A stretch of DNA of 64,000 nucleotides from Amoebidium appalachense. Its lineage: Eukaryota; Protista; Ichthyosporea. A model generated the notes under the pieces. The model searched no databases. It saw nothing but the letters and a program-made list of their open reading frames with translations, and was not told where the DNA came from. The stretch's first letter is position 1; each line of letters opens with the position of its first letter. The position numbers and the translations under genes are program-made. This document shows, piece by piece, positions 12,063 through 27,279 of the stretch. The DNA is taken from NCBI GenBank assembly GCA_963693365.1, contig CAVNZM010000011.1, positions 3,515,098-3,579,097 on the forward strand, given 5' to 3'.

Positions 12063-12495
12063 TTTTGCACAAACACACACACACACACACACACACTTTT
12101 GCACACACACATCACCACCAACGAACGCTATCTTCCCTTACAGTCAGGACCACGCTGCAACCACCACCGCCAACAATCTCTGTGTTTTGATTGGCTCAGG
12201 AAGCGCCCGCATATGCCCAGGAGATTCAGGGGGTCCATTAATTTCCGCAACAGACCCCCCTTCCTTATTAGGAATTACCTCTTATGGTAGTGGCAGCGGG
12301 AAGGTGTGCAAAAAAAATGGCGACTGTTGTGGAGTGGAGGGGCATACGGTGGTATTTACGCGCGTCTCGAAATATGTCGAATGGATTAAGGCACAGGGCG
12401 TGGAAATTGGGATGTTTAGGGGGGTCCTTCCGACAAATGATGCGGATCCGATCTCTTGTGCACCCATCGAATGTCAAACGGATTCGTTTACGTGA
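8872..12495 (+). CDS. Secreted trypsin-like (S1) serine protease, multi-exon (~8872-9298, 10884-11086, 12144-12491; small exons may be missed)
   Basis: Signal-peptide-like N-terminus. Catalytic triad motifs LLSAAHC, NDICLARL, CPGDSGGPL. Phase-compatible junction 11086/12144. GTGAGT at 12492 suggests the gene continues. Confidence 0.9.
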
Positions 12496-12866
12496 GTACC
12501 CCCCCCCCCCCCCCCCCCTCCCCCCTCCTCATCCCCCAGCCCCGTCTCCTGAGTTCCTATCTATATTTTTCTTGCTTCTGCTTACTGCTGCAACTTTAAC
12601 CCCCGGCCTTTCCCACTGCCCTTGCCTGCATAAGCAACCCTGCTCGTCTCTGATCAAGACGGGTGACCTACTCATGTTCAAGTGAAACAGTATCTGAGTT
12701 GGGTTTCGTTAACGAGGGGAATAGGTCGAAACTCGGGTACTGTGGATGACGTGGGCCCCCCCTGAGGATGGGCTCTGCTTATTATGCATACTCTTTATGT
12801 ATGGCTTGCATTCTGCATCGTGTTATCCGTTTGTTCTTGTGTACTTCGTACTTTTTGACGCATTCA

Positions 12867-12897
<31 letters not shown>

Positions 12898-13550
12898 GCC
12901 CCCCGTACCCACATCTCATTCAGTACCAATAATTACTGCGCATAACACAGGGACACATATTGTCAATCTGACAATGCACACAATCACTACACCCACACCC
13001 CTTTTGTCATGATTTTAAATGTTTGAATGGCCACTGATTAAGCAGCCGTTCCGCTACTGCTTCAGAAGGAACATGGGCAGGCAGAGGAATGTGATCTTCG
13101 ATGTAATTGTGCGCCTCAGTGTGCGGACATATGTGTTTGCTAACCAATATAGACCCTTTCACTGCCGTGTCCCCACCCCCTCCCCCTTCCCCCACCCACC
13201 CACCTACCCCTTTTCTCCCCCCCTCCCCTCCCTTCCCCCCCCCCTTCCCCCCCCCCCCCCCCCCCCCCCATCCCCCGCCCCGCGGCTCCTACCCAGCCAG
13301 TTTGCTCCCAAATTAACCGTTATCTGAGTTGGATCAAGTGTGGCAGGTGAATGGGTTGAATGAAACTCAGATATTGTGGATGAATCTCCCCCCCTCCCCC
13401 CCCCCCCCCCCCCAAAAAAAAAAAAAAAAAAAAAAAGTGGGGGGGGGGGGGGGGGGGGGGGAGGAGGGATGCGCTCTACTGATGCCGCATGAGTTGTGCG
13501 TGTGCATCACGGTTATCCATTGTGAATTGGTACAGCGAACTGTGTATCCC

Positions 13551-13591
<41 letters not shown>

Positions 13592-13641
13592 CCCTTCCCC
13601 CTCTTCGAAACTAGCAATAAACACTAACCAACCAATCACAG

Positions 13642-13885
13642 GAAAACAACAAAATGCCACAGCGCCACCGTGGACTGCACGTTTGTCGAATACCACGATG
13701 GGCTCCAATCGAATTGCAAGGGTAGACCGTGCAGCATAGCAACCGATCAGCAGTTGAAAGTTCGTGTTACAGCGACGGACTTTGTGAATCACCCACGAAG
13801 CAGCATAAGAAATCTTATGCTTACTCCGAATTTGCGAGATGTCGAGTTTGAGATCAAGGACTCGCGGCAGGCGCCAAAGGATTGA
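13642..13885 (+). CDS. Probable terminal exon of the protease gene (C-terminal extension)
   Basis: Complex-sequence ORF after a CAG acceptor (VDCTFVEYHDG...DVEFEIKDSRQAPKD*), on the same strand downstream of the 12492 donor. Linkage is inferred. Confidence 0.4.
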
Positions 13886-14328
13886 GCCCCCCCCCCCCCC
13901 CCCCCCCCCCCCCCGTAAAGTAGAGCAAAGTTGTGGATATTTATTGTGAGTGGGACGCGAGGACAAAAAAACTTGTGCTTTTTTTTGTCATATTGTCACA
14001 CCTGCACACTTGTTTGCTCAACACTCGGCCTGTCAATTATCAGGCACAGCCAGTGATGTGTGCATCGTGATGCAACGAACAATTGAACACATGTGCACTA
14101 AGTGATGTTATGCACTCACACACTTGACCCACCACCAAAACACCACACACATATATGCACACACGCTAGCATGCTGGCACACGTACACACGTATATGCAC
14201 ACAAACACACGTGCATACCGCCACACGCCACACACACGAGCGATACAACACGCTTACAAATGCGCACGTGTGCACGAGCACAGACGAGCGGAAATACAAT
14301 CCCCTCCACAGTGGACTCATACCAACCC

Positions 14329-14367
<39 letters not shown>

Positions 14368-14901
14368 GGAGAAACTCGCACAAATACACAAACAAACGGA
14401 CTCCTCAGACCTGTGCATACGCGTCTGCATGTTTTTATGACAGGGTGCACCATTATCGGTGCTTTTGTAATGTAATGTAATCTAAATAGATCGTAATGCT
14501 GCCCGAACAGCATGGGCACTGTAGCTGTAAAAAGAGGATATATTATATTTGGTTATGGATAGCTACCGAGTTTGTCCTTTGCCTATCAATACACAAAGCA
14601 AATACTTGTACCTGATGTTTTCGACGATAATGCATGTGTACAGGTCGCACGTGCGCGATAATATTATTAAGAGACAATGTCATATCTGATTGAAGTTGTG
14701 TAATGTATGTACCTTTGATCTTCAAGCAATCGATGACATGTTCAACGGCTTCTACACATGATGATCACTGACTCGGATGCGCATCGATTCATCCCCCCCC
14801 CCCCCCCCCCCCCCCCTGCATACTTGAATGTTTGCCTTTGCATGTGTCCTGCACCATGCTTCTCATCGTGTATGCGTACTTCGTACTGTGTTCCGCATTC
14901 A

Positions 14902-14938
<37 letters not shown>

Positions 14939-14959
14939 CTGCCCCTTTCTCCGGATCCG

Positions 14960-16030
<1,071 letters not shown>

Positions 16031-16841
16031 TCGAGTTCTTTCTTCTCTGCTCTCCCCGCTCTCCCACACTACTTCTTCAGGATTTGCACTCCGCATGCAG
16101 ATCTGGGATCATCATATGAAGCCCAAACATCATCATATGAAGCCCAAACACGATTACATGCCCTCCGGCCAACTATCGGCGGCCAGAGATGCCAATGGTG
16201 TTGGCCAGGAGCATGGTAATTTGGAAAATCATGTGGCGTTGAACTTTTCTAAAATGCCTTCACGCGGTTCACGGCCTCATGATCAGTGACTGAACGATAC
16301 CAAATCCCCCCCCCCCCCCCCCCCCCCACCTCCTCCTCCTCCTCCTCCTCCCCACATGAAGAAACCCCCCCCCCCCCCCCCCCCCCCCCCCTCCTCCTCC
16401 TCCTCCTCCCCACATGAAGAAAAATCTTCGTGGTATGTGAACGTCTGTGTGTTTTACAGGTGTGTGTGTGCGAGTAGGGTAAGGCTCTGTGCACGTGGCC
16501 AGGCTGAGTAGTCCCCAAGGCTATGTACCCACTGTGGCTGAGCACTACTACGCCGCGGGACGCCTGCGGCATGCATGAGCCGGGCCGCAGGGCCCGGAGA
16601 CAACACTCAAAGTGCCAGGACTACGGAACACTTTGGATCTATAACTTAATAGGCCGATCTGTGGAATGCGGCTCTGGAGCCATAGGGCCTTCCCGCGCAG
16701 CCGCGGCGCCATGGTTTTCCGTGCGAAACTTACAACACCTACAAGAACTGAAGCGACTCTATCTAACCTACTTTAAGCTAGTATAAGATACCTTTAGACA
16801 CAATCACTCACTCACACACAAACACACACACACACACTGCG

Positions 16842-16978
<137 letters not shown>

Positions 16979-18356
16979 TTAATGTCACACACAGTACACA
17001 CACATGCGCAATACACACACACACTTACCCTGTGTAACAAACGACACACTGCCACAGTATATTAACCGGCCTCTTTTGGTGCAGTGGCGGTTTGCAAACA
17101 CGCACGGTCCGGGTTAGTGCTAGCCCAAGACAACGTAACGTTAGATATAATTAGCAGCTTCTGCGCAGATCTTGTGTAGGGAGAGAGCAGACGGGTAGAT
17201 GTACAAAGACTTAGAATAGAAAGAGAGCTGCCGGGTTTGCATTTCTTTTATCCGTGAGCAAGAGAAAGAAAAGCAATACAGTTAAGTAGCAAGCATCTAA
17301 TTCGACTTGTTTCATGTTAGTGGCAGTACATAGTGGGCTCGTACCGATACTAGTGCTACCTCTGCACACTGCACTGTGCAACAAAACACGTTGCACTCAA
17401 GTGACCTTTGGATGCAAGGGATACTTGACGAGACGATATATGCAATAAGTAATTTATCACAAAAAGAACAACAGGGTGTCTGTCAGAGTCTGCTGGTTGC
17501 GTTGGACGATGTGGATCCATGGAAAACAGTCATGATGTGTTTTCGACCGAAACGCCTTCCCGTTGTCTGTATGTGTATGGCTGACAGGGCATTCCACAAA
17601 AAGGTGGAGTGAATGATCACGCTGTTCGTGTGTATAATGTTCACACGCCATGCCTACTCTACCCCCAGAGAGTGTATTTGGCAGAAACGCACCATGCAGG
17701 CAGTAAATGTTCAACACCCGTAGTACTTGTGCATATGTTTAACTACGGTGCATGTGTGGTGCCCTCATGATCACGAATGGCTAAGAAAAACGCCCAACAA
17801 GCCTGCAAACCCCAAAATAACTAAGACGATAGAAATTATCATTTATATTAAAAAGCATCTGTGTAGCATTTTGAGGAAAAAGCAAATATTGTTACGTAAA
17901 GGGGTTTGTCTTGGCCAGAAGTAGCTTCTACGTCGGGCAGCTGGAGCCGCTGCCAGCCAGCCCGACAAACGACGGCCCTATGGCGGCCAACCTCGGGTGT
18001 TGGAGCGAAGCAAAACATTGATCGATTTTTGAATAGTAGATCCAAAGTGGTCCACAGGCTGAGGTGTTCCGGCCATGGTCAAGCCACCTGGTAACGATTC
18101 TAGAAGCGTTCCTATTGGCTACTCAGTTTTAATAGCCATATATGGCAACTGTTCTTATCTTTCCGGATCAGCTAGTGGCTCTGCGAACAAGTTGGCATTT
18201 TTGTGGTGCTTTTTGGAGAAAAACAAAACACAACCCTGGCACCTTTGTCAGTCCGCCGGCGCACCAGTTTCTATAAACTTTTGTATCCCTCCCCCTTGTG
18301 TTTGTTTGTCGCACTTCTGGTTTCCGGTTGTGTCTTGTTGTAGTGAAAGAAGGAGA

Positions 18357-18454
18357 ATGTCCGTCAAGGTTGCGATCCAGGTAAAGCATTGGAGGAATTG
18401 CGTGTTTGTGCGTGTGCGTGCGGTTGTGCATGTGTGTGTACGTGCGCGTGTCCA

Positions 18455-18487
<33 letters not shown>

Positions 18488-19596
18488 GTGCGTATGTGTG
18501 TGCGTGCCCGTGTGCGTGTGCGTGTGCATGTCTGCTGTCTCCCCTCCCTCCCTGCGGTCCTACACGTGGTTTTTTATTAAAGCGAAGGTAGTTTCTCATC
18601 CCCTCTTCTTTGGCACTTATCCACTCTCTTTTCTTGCTTCGTTCCATCCACCTCCACCCCCTCCCCGCCCTCTCCCCCCCCTCCCCGTCGTATCAGTATC
18701 CATCAGTTCATGAATGAAGATATTGCGTTGTAGCCCTGAACCACCTCATACCCACACATCACGGTTGAAATTGATTTCTTCAACCCGGTGCGCATTATGT
18801 TGCAAGAAGCCACAGTGGAACACTTTTGGAGGAACCATCCCTTGATAAGACTTCGGCACTTTACCGCATCGTCGCCCCCGCCCCCTCCTTTCCCCTTGTC
18901 TCCTGCCTCCTACCCTGTTCCCTCCGCACCCCCTGCTTTCTTCTTCCCCTACGTCTTTCTACCTCGCGTAGTCAGCATCTTCATTCAGCATGACCCACAG
19001 CCGACACTACCTCCTTACTGCTACCCCCCATGACCAACATCTTTCGTTTTCTCTTCTCAGGGTGATAGCGGCTGCTATTCGGAGATAGCTGCCAGGGCCT
19101 GTTTCCAGGGCAAGACCGTGGAGCCCTCTTACTTCAATAACTATGATGGCGTAGGTTTACCCCCCCCCCCCCCCCCCCCCCCCCAAACACACACACACAC
19201 ACCCTTGTTTACGGCTCTAGCTTTGTCCCTCAGCACATGTCTCTTCTTTGGCCTTTACTGCGTGCTCATATGGGTAAACTTGGTCGTTGCTGATGAGGAC
19301 GTATGCCTGCTAAGTCATAAATGAAAAAGGTACCTGAGTTGGGCTCCACGCTCAGGGTGTATGGGTTGAAAGTCGAGGACCTTGGTTGATCTGCCCCCTT
19401 CCCCCCCCCCCCCCCCCCCCCTCCCCTCCTGATATGGGTGAGGGTCTCTTGTGGTTGTGCTCATCCTGTATGTGAAGTCGGCAGAGAGAGTTCATAGCAG
19501 TTTACTATGCTTTACTGTGGCTAGGATAGTTCCTATAATGTAAGTGCCAGGAAAACGGAAAAGGCTGGATGGTATCTGCCCACTCTGAATATATCT

Positions 19597-19627
<31 letters not shown>

Positions 19628-19923
19628 GCACCAAGGGGAAAAAAAAAAAGAAAAAAAAAAAACCCCCACCGAAACAAACCCACCAACACTGTCACCACCC
19701 ACCCACGTGCCTCCACCCCTTCCACGCATACACGCACTGGCAAATTCGTTGGTTAGACACGTATATGTTTGTCTACACACCAGACCAAACACACACTTAT
19801 TCCAACATCCAGCACGTATGTCTTCAAACCAAAATCTCCCCGCTCCAAAAGCGCCACTTCCCACGTGTACTCCTTCTAACACGTAGTTCACAACAAATTT
19901 AATTTTTCCGTCTCAACATGAAT

Positions 19924-19991
<68 letters not shown>

Positions 19992-21340
19992 ACACACAGG
20001 TCTTCCAGGCTATCGAATCAGGCAATGCCGATGTTGGCTTCCTGCCTCTAGAAAACACCATCTCAGGTTATTTCTACCCCCCCCCCCCCCCCGACCGCAA
20101 AAAAAAAAAAAAAAAAACCCCCCAAAAAAAAAAAAAAAAAAAAAAAAACCACGAGGTGAATGGGTCAAAACAGGGGTACGGTAGATGATTTGGGCCCAAA
20201 CCGAGCATGTGCTCTGCTTGTGATACATTCTCTTTGTGTGCACTGCAAAGTCTGCTTTGCGTCGTCCGTTGTGAATGTATACGTCGTACTACGTAAGGCA
20301 TTCTAACCCCTTCTCCTGCCCACACACACACACCCATCCATCCGTGGTTGCCCCAATCCATACACAAACACATATCCGGCTTTTTGAACTCCCCGAGGTC
20401 TTTTCAATTCAAATGACACATGTTTTCACTATGTGTTCTTGCCTTCCCCCCTCCCCCCCTTCTCCCCCCCCCCTTCTCCCCCTCCTTATTTCCCGCCCCC
20501 TTTACCTGCCTACACTTTCTACTGCATGCAATGAAAATTTCTGCCTGTACATTCTAACCAAAATACTTGTGGCAAAAAGAAATTCATTGTGGTGAACTAT
20601 CCAGGAAGAATTAGTCATGGTCAAGTTTTAACCGAGCAATCTCATTGGCCCGTTGCAGGCACCATCTATGCCGTGGCCGATAAGCTGATGCGCTATAAGT
20701 TGCATATCACGGGGGAGTTTTGCCGCCATGACGACTGCTGCCTCATGGCCCTGCCTGGTTAGTAACAATACCCCCCTCCCCCCCCCCCCCCCCCCCCCCC
20801 TCCCCCTCTGCCCCCCCTCCCCACCAGAACACACCACACACTTAGAATGCATATGGTACAACTCTATGGTGTGTACTCTGTATTGTGTTGTCCGTTGTGG
20901 ATGTGTACTTTGTACTCTTATGACACATTATAACCCCCTACTTATAATGCATATGATGTATCACTGTGTGCACAAACTATTCTGTGCACACAAATTCTTC
21001 ATTGTGTAATATCTTCGTGAACCTTAGCTTTTCATTCTTTGCTTTGGAATCATTGATTCGTACTACGCCCTCCCCATCTTTTTCCCCCTTTCGGAAAACA
21101 GAACGTCAAGCCAAACTTCATGCCAGACCATTCTAACGTAGTAATTATGTTGCACCCGCCACCTTCGTGAGCATAGAGCTTATAGCAACGACAAAACACG
21201 ATGCAGAGTACAAACAACACATAAAGAGTATGCATAATAAGTAGAGTGGGGGGGGAGAATGCTTCGGTGGCACCTGTGTGTACTCTGCATCGTTTTTTCC
21301 GTTGTTTATGAGTACTTTGTAATTTATGCGCATTCAACCC

Positions 21341-21372
<32 letters not shown>

Positions 21373-21477
21373 AAAAAAAAAAAAAAAAAAGAAAAGAGAA
21401 AAAAAAGAAAAAGTAAAAAAGAAAAGAAAAGAAAAGAAAAGAAATAAGTAACTAACCAACCAAACACACACACACAT

Positions 21478-21545
<68 letters not shown>

Positions 21546-21593
21546 CCCCCCTCCCCCCGCCCTCCCTGCCCCCCCACCCCCTCCCCCCCCCCC

Positions 21594-21624
<31 letters not shown>

Positions 21625-22740
21625 ACACACACCCACAGGTACCAGTCTTGAGTCCATCACGCAGGTACTCAGTCACAGCAGCATCCTCGACCGTTGTGAG
21701 TCCTATCTGTCTCGTCTCAATGCTTCCATTGGCGCTACACCAGACACGGCCGGGGCTGCAAAGAGCATCAAAGAGAGAAACACACAGAACATGTACGTAT
21801 TTGTGCCCCTCTCCCTCTCTATGTTTTTTTTTTAAAAAAAAAAAAGAAGAAGAAGAAGAAGAAAGAAAAAGGGGGAAAAAAACCAATCCCACTATGGCAC
21901 ACGTATGCCACTTATAGTCTGGTCTTGGCCCGCCGTGCACACTCAAGGCAGTCCCCCCCCCCCCCCCCCCCCCTCCCCCCGCTGGAGGTCGACCAAACCA
22001 TCACCTTTAACCCATTTCCGGAGCCTCTTTAAACCTCCTCCCGTTCCTTTCACTTTACTGTCTGAGCTACATTTAGGGGTGACTTTTGCAATGTCGGTTT
22101 GCTGGGGCAGCATTCCATTTATAGGTTAATACTGAACAATTGGCACACATTAGGAATATGTGAACGGAAGGTACCATAAAAGGTTATTTGCAAGCACGTA
22201 AGATTGGCTCGCTTTTCCTCTCATGGTGCACGACGCCGTGCATCCACACTGCCAGTATATATATGTAAAACTACCATAAATGGTCACCTATTTGTGTATC
22301 TGATTGGTGCCAACTGACCAATAAGCATGCAGTGCTGCCATAGCCAGTGCCCAGGTTGCAGCTACGCTGGGCCTGGAGGTGCTTGAGAAGGACATTGATG
22401 ACGACACTAACAGCAGCACACGCTACATCCTGCTGGGTACGTTAAACTTTACAATTTAGCTGGAAACCTGGGAGGTTTTTAATCGGAATCATTGGGACCA
22501 ATAATATTTTTCTTCTCAGTCTCTCTTTCTCAGAGGCTCTGTCACACACACACACACTCTCTCTCTCTCTCCCCCCTCCAACCCCCCCCCCCCCCCCCTC
22601 CCCCTCCCTCTCCCTTGTGCCTCTCCGCACCCCACCCCTCGTCTCTCCTACCCCGCAACACACGCCGACATTGCAGCCATCTCTTCTTTGGTTTCAAGTG
22701 AACATGTCATACCAAATCTTGCTTCCGTGCATTCTAACCT

Positions 22741-22776
<36 letters not shown>

Positions 22777-22895
22777 ACCACCACCACCACCAACAAAAAC
22801 AAGCAAACAAACAAACAACACCCACCCTCACACCCCCACTCGAAACGACATAAATACACCAACTTGACCCACTTACACACACAAACCAACACCAA

Positions 22896-22951
<56 letters not shown>

Positions 22952-23127
22952 AGGCACCCAAGTCCATCCCCCCCGGCATGTCCGCCAAGACTTCCATTGC
23001 CGTGTCTCTCCGCAACCAACCAGGTGCCCTGTTCAGAGCCCTGGCTGCCTTTGCTCTTCGAGGAATCAAGTATGTGATATATACTCACCCCACCACCACC
23101 ACCACCACCACTACCGCCACACACGCA

Positions 23128-23161
<34 letters not shown>

Positions 23162-23181
23162 CAGGGAGAGAGAGAGAGAGA

Positions 23182-23224
<43 letters not shown>

Positions 23225-23513
23225 GCACGCACACAGACACACACAGTCTCTCCATCTCTCTCCTTGCCCCCCCTACCCCCCCCCCCCCTCTCCCCCCTAT
23301 TCCCCTCTCTCTGTCCCTCTCTCACCACCACAATCAGAGCCGCTCTCCTAACTCGGGCACCCCCATACACTCACACTTACGCACATACAACAGAAGCAGA
23401 CAAATATGGTTCTGGTTCTGAAACGAAACGATGTACTCGGGAGCACGTGCCTGTGTGTTTGTGCCGGTGTGCCCATGAGAAGGGGAGTGGAGAGTTGTGT
23501 GCATGTGCCCCGG

Positions 23514-23547
<34 letters not shown>

Positions 23548-23684
23548 CTGCTTGTAAAGGAAAGGATGCAAAGCAATCAAGTGGTTATTGTTACATCATG
23601 AGTGTCGGGTGCAGGATCCCCCCCCCCCCCCCCCCCCCCCCCGGTGCTTTTTCCTCGTTACATCATGAGTGTCGGGTGCAGGAT

Positions 23685-23717
<33 letters not shown>

Positions 23718-23954
23718 CTTTTTCCTCGTCCAGGATTTTTTCAATTCAGAGGCTAGATCGGATGTGCCTATGTAACTCATTTGTTTACACGGGAGTGCAT
23801 TTCAAAGCACTTACACTTTGCTGTGCCAGCACGTACACATACACACACACACCGCCCACTCATACTCGCATTCACACTCGTGTCTCACTTTCTTCTCCCC
23901 TCCTCACTTCCTCCCTCCTTTCCCTCCTCCCCCCCCCCCCCTTCTCTCTCTCTC

Positions 23955-23985
<31 letters not shown>

Positions 23986-25362
23986 TCCCTTCCCCCCCCC
24001 CCCCTCTCTCTCTCTCGCTCTCTCTCTCTGTCCCCCCTCTCCCCCTGTCCCCCCCCTCCTCATTCTCCCTTCCACCCCCCACTCTCACCCACTTGCGTGT
24101 GTATGTAGTGTCACCAAGCTAAACTAGGTCTCCCTTTCTCCCCCCTCCCTCCCTCCCTCCCTCCCTCCCTCCCTCCTTCCCTCCGCCCCCTCCCCCCCCC
24201 CTTTTTCTCTCCGCCTCCCCCCATTCTCACCCTCCTACCTGTGTACCCGCAGTGTCACCAAACTTGACGGCCGTCCCTCATCTCGTTCTGGCAGCATGCA
24301 CCTAGTAACAGCCCCCCCCCCCCCCCCCCCCCCCACCCCACCCCACCCACCACCCCTGCCCTGCCCTGCCCTGCCCTGCCCGCCTACCTTTCTTCAGGAA
24401 AAAAAAGAAATAAAGATAAAATGAAAACAATCGAGGGAAGACTGGGAAGGAGGAACAGAATCAATCAAACAAAAATAAGAGAAGAGAATATGTAGCGGAA
24501 GCCAATGCAAGTACGAATGACTGCACAAAGAACAAAAGAACAGGATTTTTGTATTCGGTTTCATCTTCCCGTGTTCCCACAAACATTTTCCCCTTCACTA
24601 CTCTAAAGTAATTCCAAGTAGTTTCCATATAAGGCAACAAGATCTAGGGGTCTTTACAAAAATGGCACCTGGTTGGCTGATGACCCTATCCCCCCAGACC
24701 AACCGCCACTGGGAGTACATCAACTACATCGACATTGATGGCAGCATCCAAGTACATTCTCCCCCCTCCCCCCTCCCCCTCCCCCCCCCCCCAAAAAAAA
24801 AAAAAAAAAAAAAAAAACACCACCACCACCACTACCACAGACCACATAGACATGCACACAAGCGCACAGACATGTGTGTGTGCGTGCACACGTGTGCGCA
24901 TGCACAAGCATACGCGTACACACACACACACAGCGCCATCACCAACTTCCCCCTCACCTCAACTATTTATCCACACCGTTTTCGTCCGAGGTAAACTGTA
25001 AATGCACCAAATTTGACCCCATCTACAAACCCAATTTTCTGAGCTAGCAGAGTCAACCAAGTCCCTAACACCAATACCACTGTGTCCGTATCCATTTCTT
25101 TCTGAGCGGACAGGGGATATTTTTTGGGCAACTTGGCGTAAATACAATTATCAATGTCTTGAGACCTGACCCCACTACGCATGCACGTCTTTCGTCACAC
25201 AGACACATCAAAAACGGATGGAATAGCAATCGAATCCATACAAACCTGCAGACACGATGGGCGCACACACAGGCACCCAGTCTCGTCTTTGCTCGGTCAA
25301 CTTACTTACCCCCCCCCCCCCCCCCCCCCCCCTTCCCCCTCCCCCCCCCTTCCCCCCCCCCC

Positions 25363-25410
<48 letters not shown>

Positions 25411-25547
25411 ACGAGGTGATCAAGAATGCGGTTGCAAACTTGGAGGAATTTGCCACCGATGTCCGTGTCCTGGGGTCCTATCCGCTTTACTCCCCCCCGC
25501 CTGAAAATTTATCGGTTGTCCCAGGCGGCCAGTTTTCTTTCCTCTAA
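18357..25547 (+). CDS. PHA2: Prephenate dehydratase (PDT + ACT domain), 10 exons starting ~18357, 19061, 20000, 20659, 21639, 22332, 22949, 24253, 24698, 25410
   Basis: Hand-spliced GT-AG exons give [86 protein letters not shown] and VRVLGSYP. Confidence 0.93.
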
Positions 25548-26036
25548 ACATCTATTAACCCCTCCCTGGGAAAGAAGGTTAAAGTCAAGTTTATGTTTTG
25601 ATTGGAAACTGTTTTTTTTTTTTTTTTGCATGTGTGGGTCTTATTTACTGTTCTTATAAGACATCACGAAGATATTATCACAAACCTTGCTTTTGGAAAC
25701 TCGGAAATTTGGAAATTTCGGGAATTTTGAAAACGATTTTCGAGCATTTCATGTCAGTGCGCTGGATTTTGGCTATTGGTTTGTGGATAGCGATTTAGCT
25801 ATAAATAGTCTTATGGTGCCATAGGATGTAGGGTGGTGGCATCAAATTGCAATGGGATGATGGTATATTTATTTACCGGAACACGAACAAATTTTTAAAA
25901 GAACAGTAACCATGTACATTGCATGGATTGAACAAGAATGGCTCCGTTTGCGTGGTTATGTGTGTTGTGTGTTGTGTGTTGAGATCTAGACTGTTCCACA
26001 GGTACACGTGTACATGCAGCAATTTTTGTTTCCTCC

Positions 26037-26069
<33 letters not shown>

Positions 26070-26293
26070 TCTACAGAACACACAGATGCACACAAAAGCA
26101 CACACGTGTGCGTCCACACGTGCACGCACACACGGAGCCACAGGCATGCATGCACGCACACAAAAGTACGCACGTCTGCTCTTATTATAATCAAACGTGA
26201 ATCCCCCTAAATCTCTACTGTGTTGTGTGTAATTATTTTTTTCTTTTGACTGGATTTATTCGACGGAAAGATATGCAAGTATGCACGTAATTA

Positions 26294-26637
26294 CAGTCAC
26301 GACTGGTTTGGAACAATCCCTAATTTTCCCCCATGGGGTTGTTCCTTCTAAAGGTAGTTCGTCCGTAGTCTGTTTTCTAGATGATTGCGCAAACATATTG
26401 ATTGCGCAATCAACCCAATATGACGTCATCCGTTATTATATTATTACGTTATGTTTCACGTTTTTCTTCGACTTGGCCATTTTGCAACCATTGTAAGGAA
26501 GAAAAGGAACACCGTACGTTTGCTAGCGAAACTCTGTTGTCTGTTGGCCGACACGTGTGCGCCCAGTCAATTTGATGGCATTGGCTGCAATAAGGTAGTG
26601 TCTTACGATTGGCAAATAGCGGACCCGGGCCATTGAC

Positions 26638-26673
<36 letters not shown>

Positions 26674-26817
26674 AGAAAGCCAGGATCGAACCAAGGGGGG
26701 AGGGGTATGGCGGTTTTTTTGTATAAAAATGGGGGGGGGGGGGGAGGGGGGAGGGGTGGTTGTTCCTTCTAAGACCGGTAGTTCGTCCATAGGGTTGTTC
26801 ATTCCCAGTCGTGACTG
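26294..26817. mobile_element. Non-autonomous Tc1/mariner-type MITE (524 bp)
   Basis: TA|CAGTCACGACTGG...CCAGTCGTGACTG|TA: 13-bp perfect TIR extending imperfectly to ~28 bp, with TA duplication. Confidence 0.8.
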
Positions 26818-27279
26818 TATGAGTGGTAACTAACTTACTCGATTGCAGAGCGAATATGTCTGTGCATGTTTGCTGGTGTGAATTCGCATGCCGTGCACAT
26901 TTTAGCACGCTTGCACGTGGCACCTTGTGTGGTAATGTGCACGTGTGTGTGCATAATTGTGCACGAGCCATGACTCCGGTGAATGTAAAACTGTATGTTC
27001 ATGCATGTCTGTGGGAATTTGTGTGGGTGTGCATTCGTGTGTGTGTGCGTGTGTGTGTGTGTGCGTATGCGTGTGCGTGTGCGTGTGCGTGTGTGTGTGC
27101 GTGTGCGTGCGTGTGTGTGTGCGTGTGCGTGTGTGTGCGCGCGCGTGTGTGTGTGTGTCTGTGGGTGTGTGTGTGTGTGTGTGTGTTGAGTGTGTGTGCA
27201 CGCGTGCGCGTGTACGTGTGTGGGCGCACGCTGCGTGCATGTGTGGGTATGTGCATGTGTGGGTGTGTTCATGGATGTG

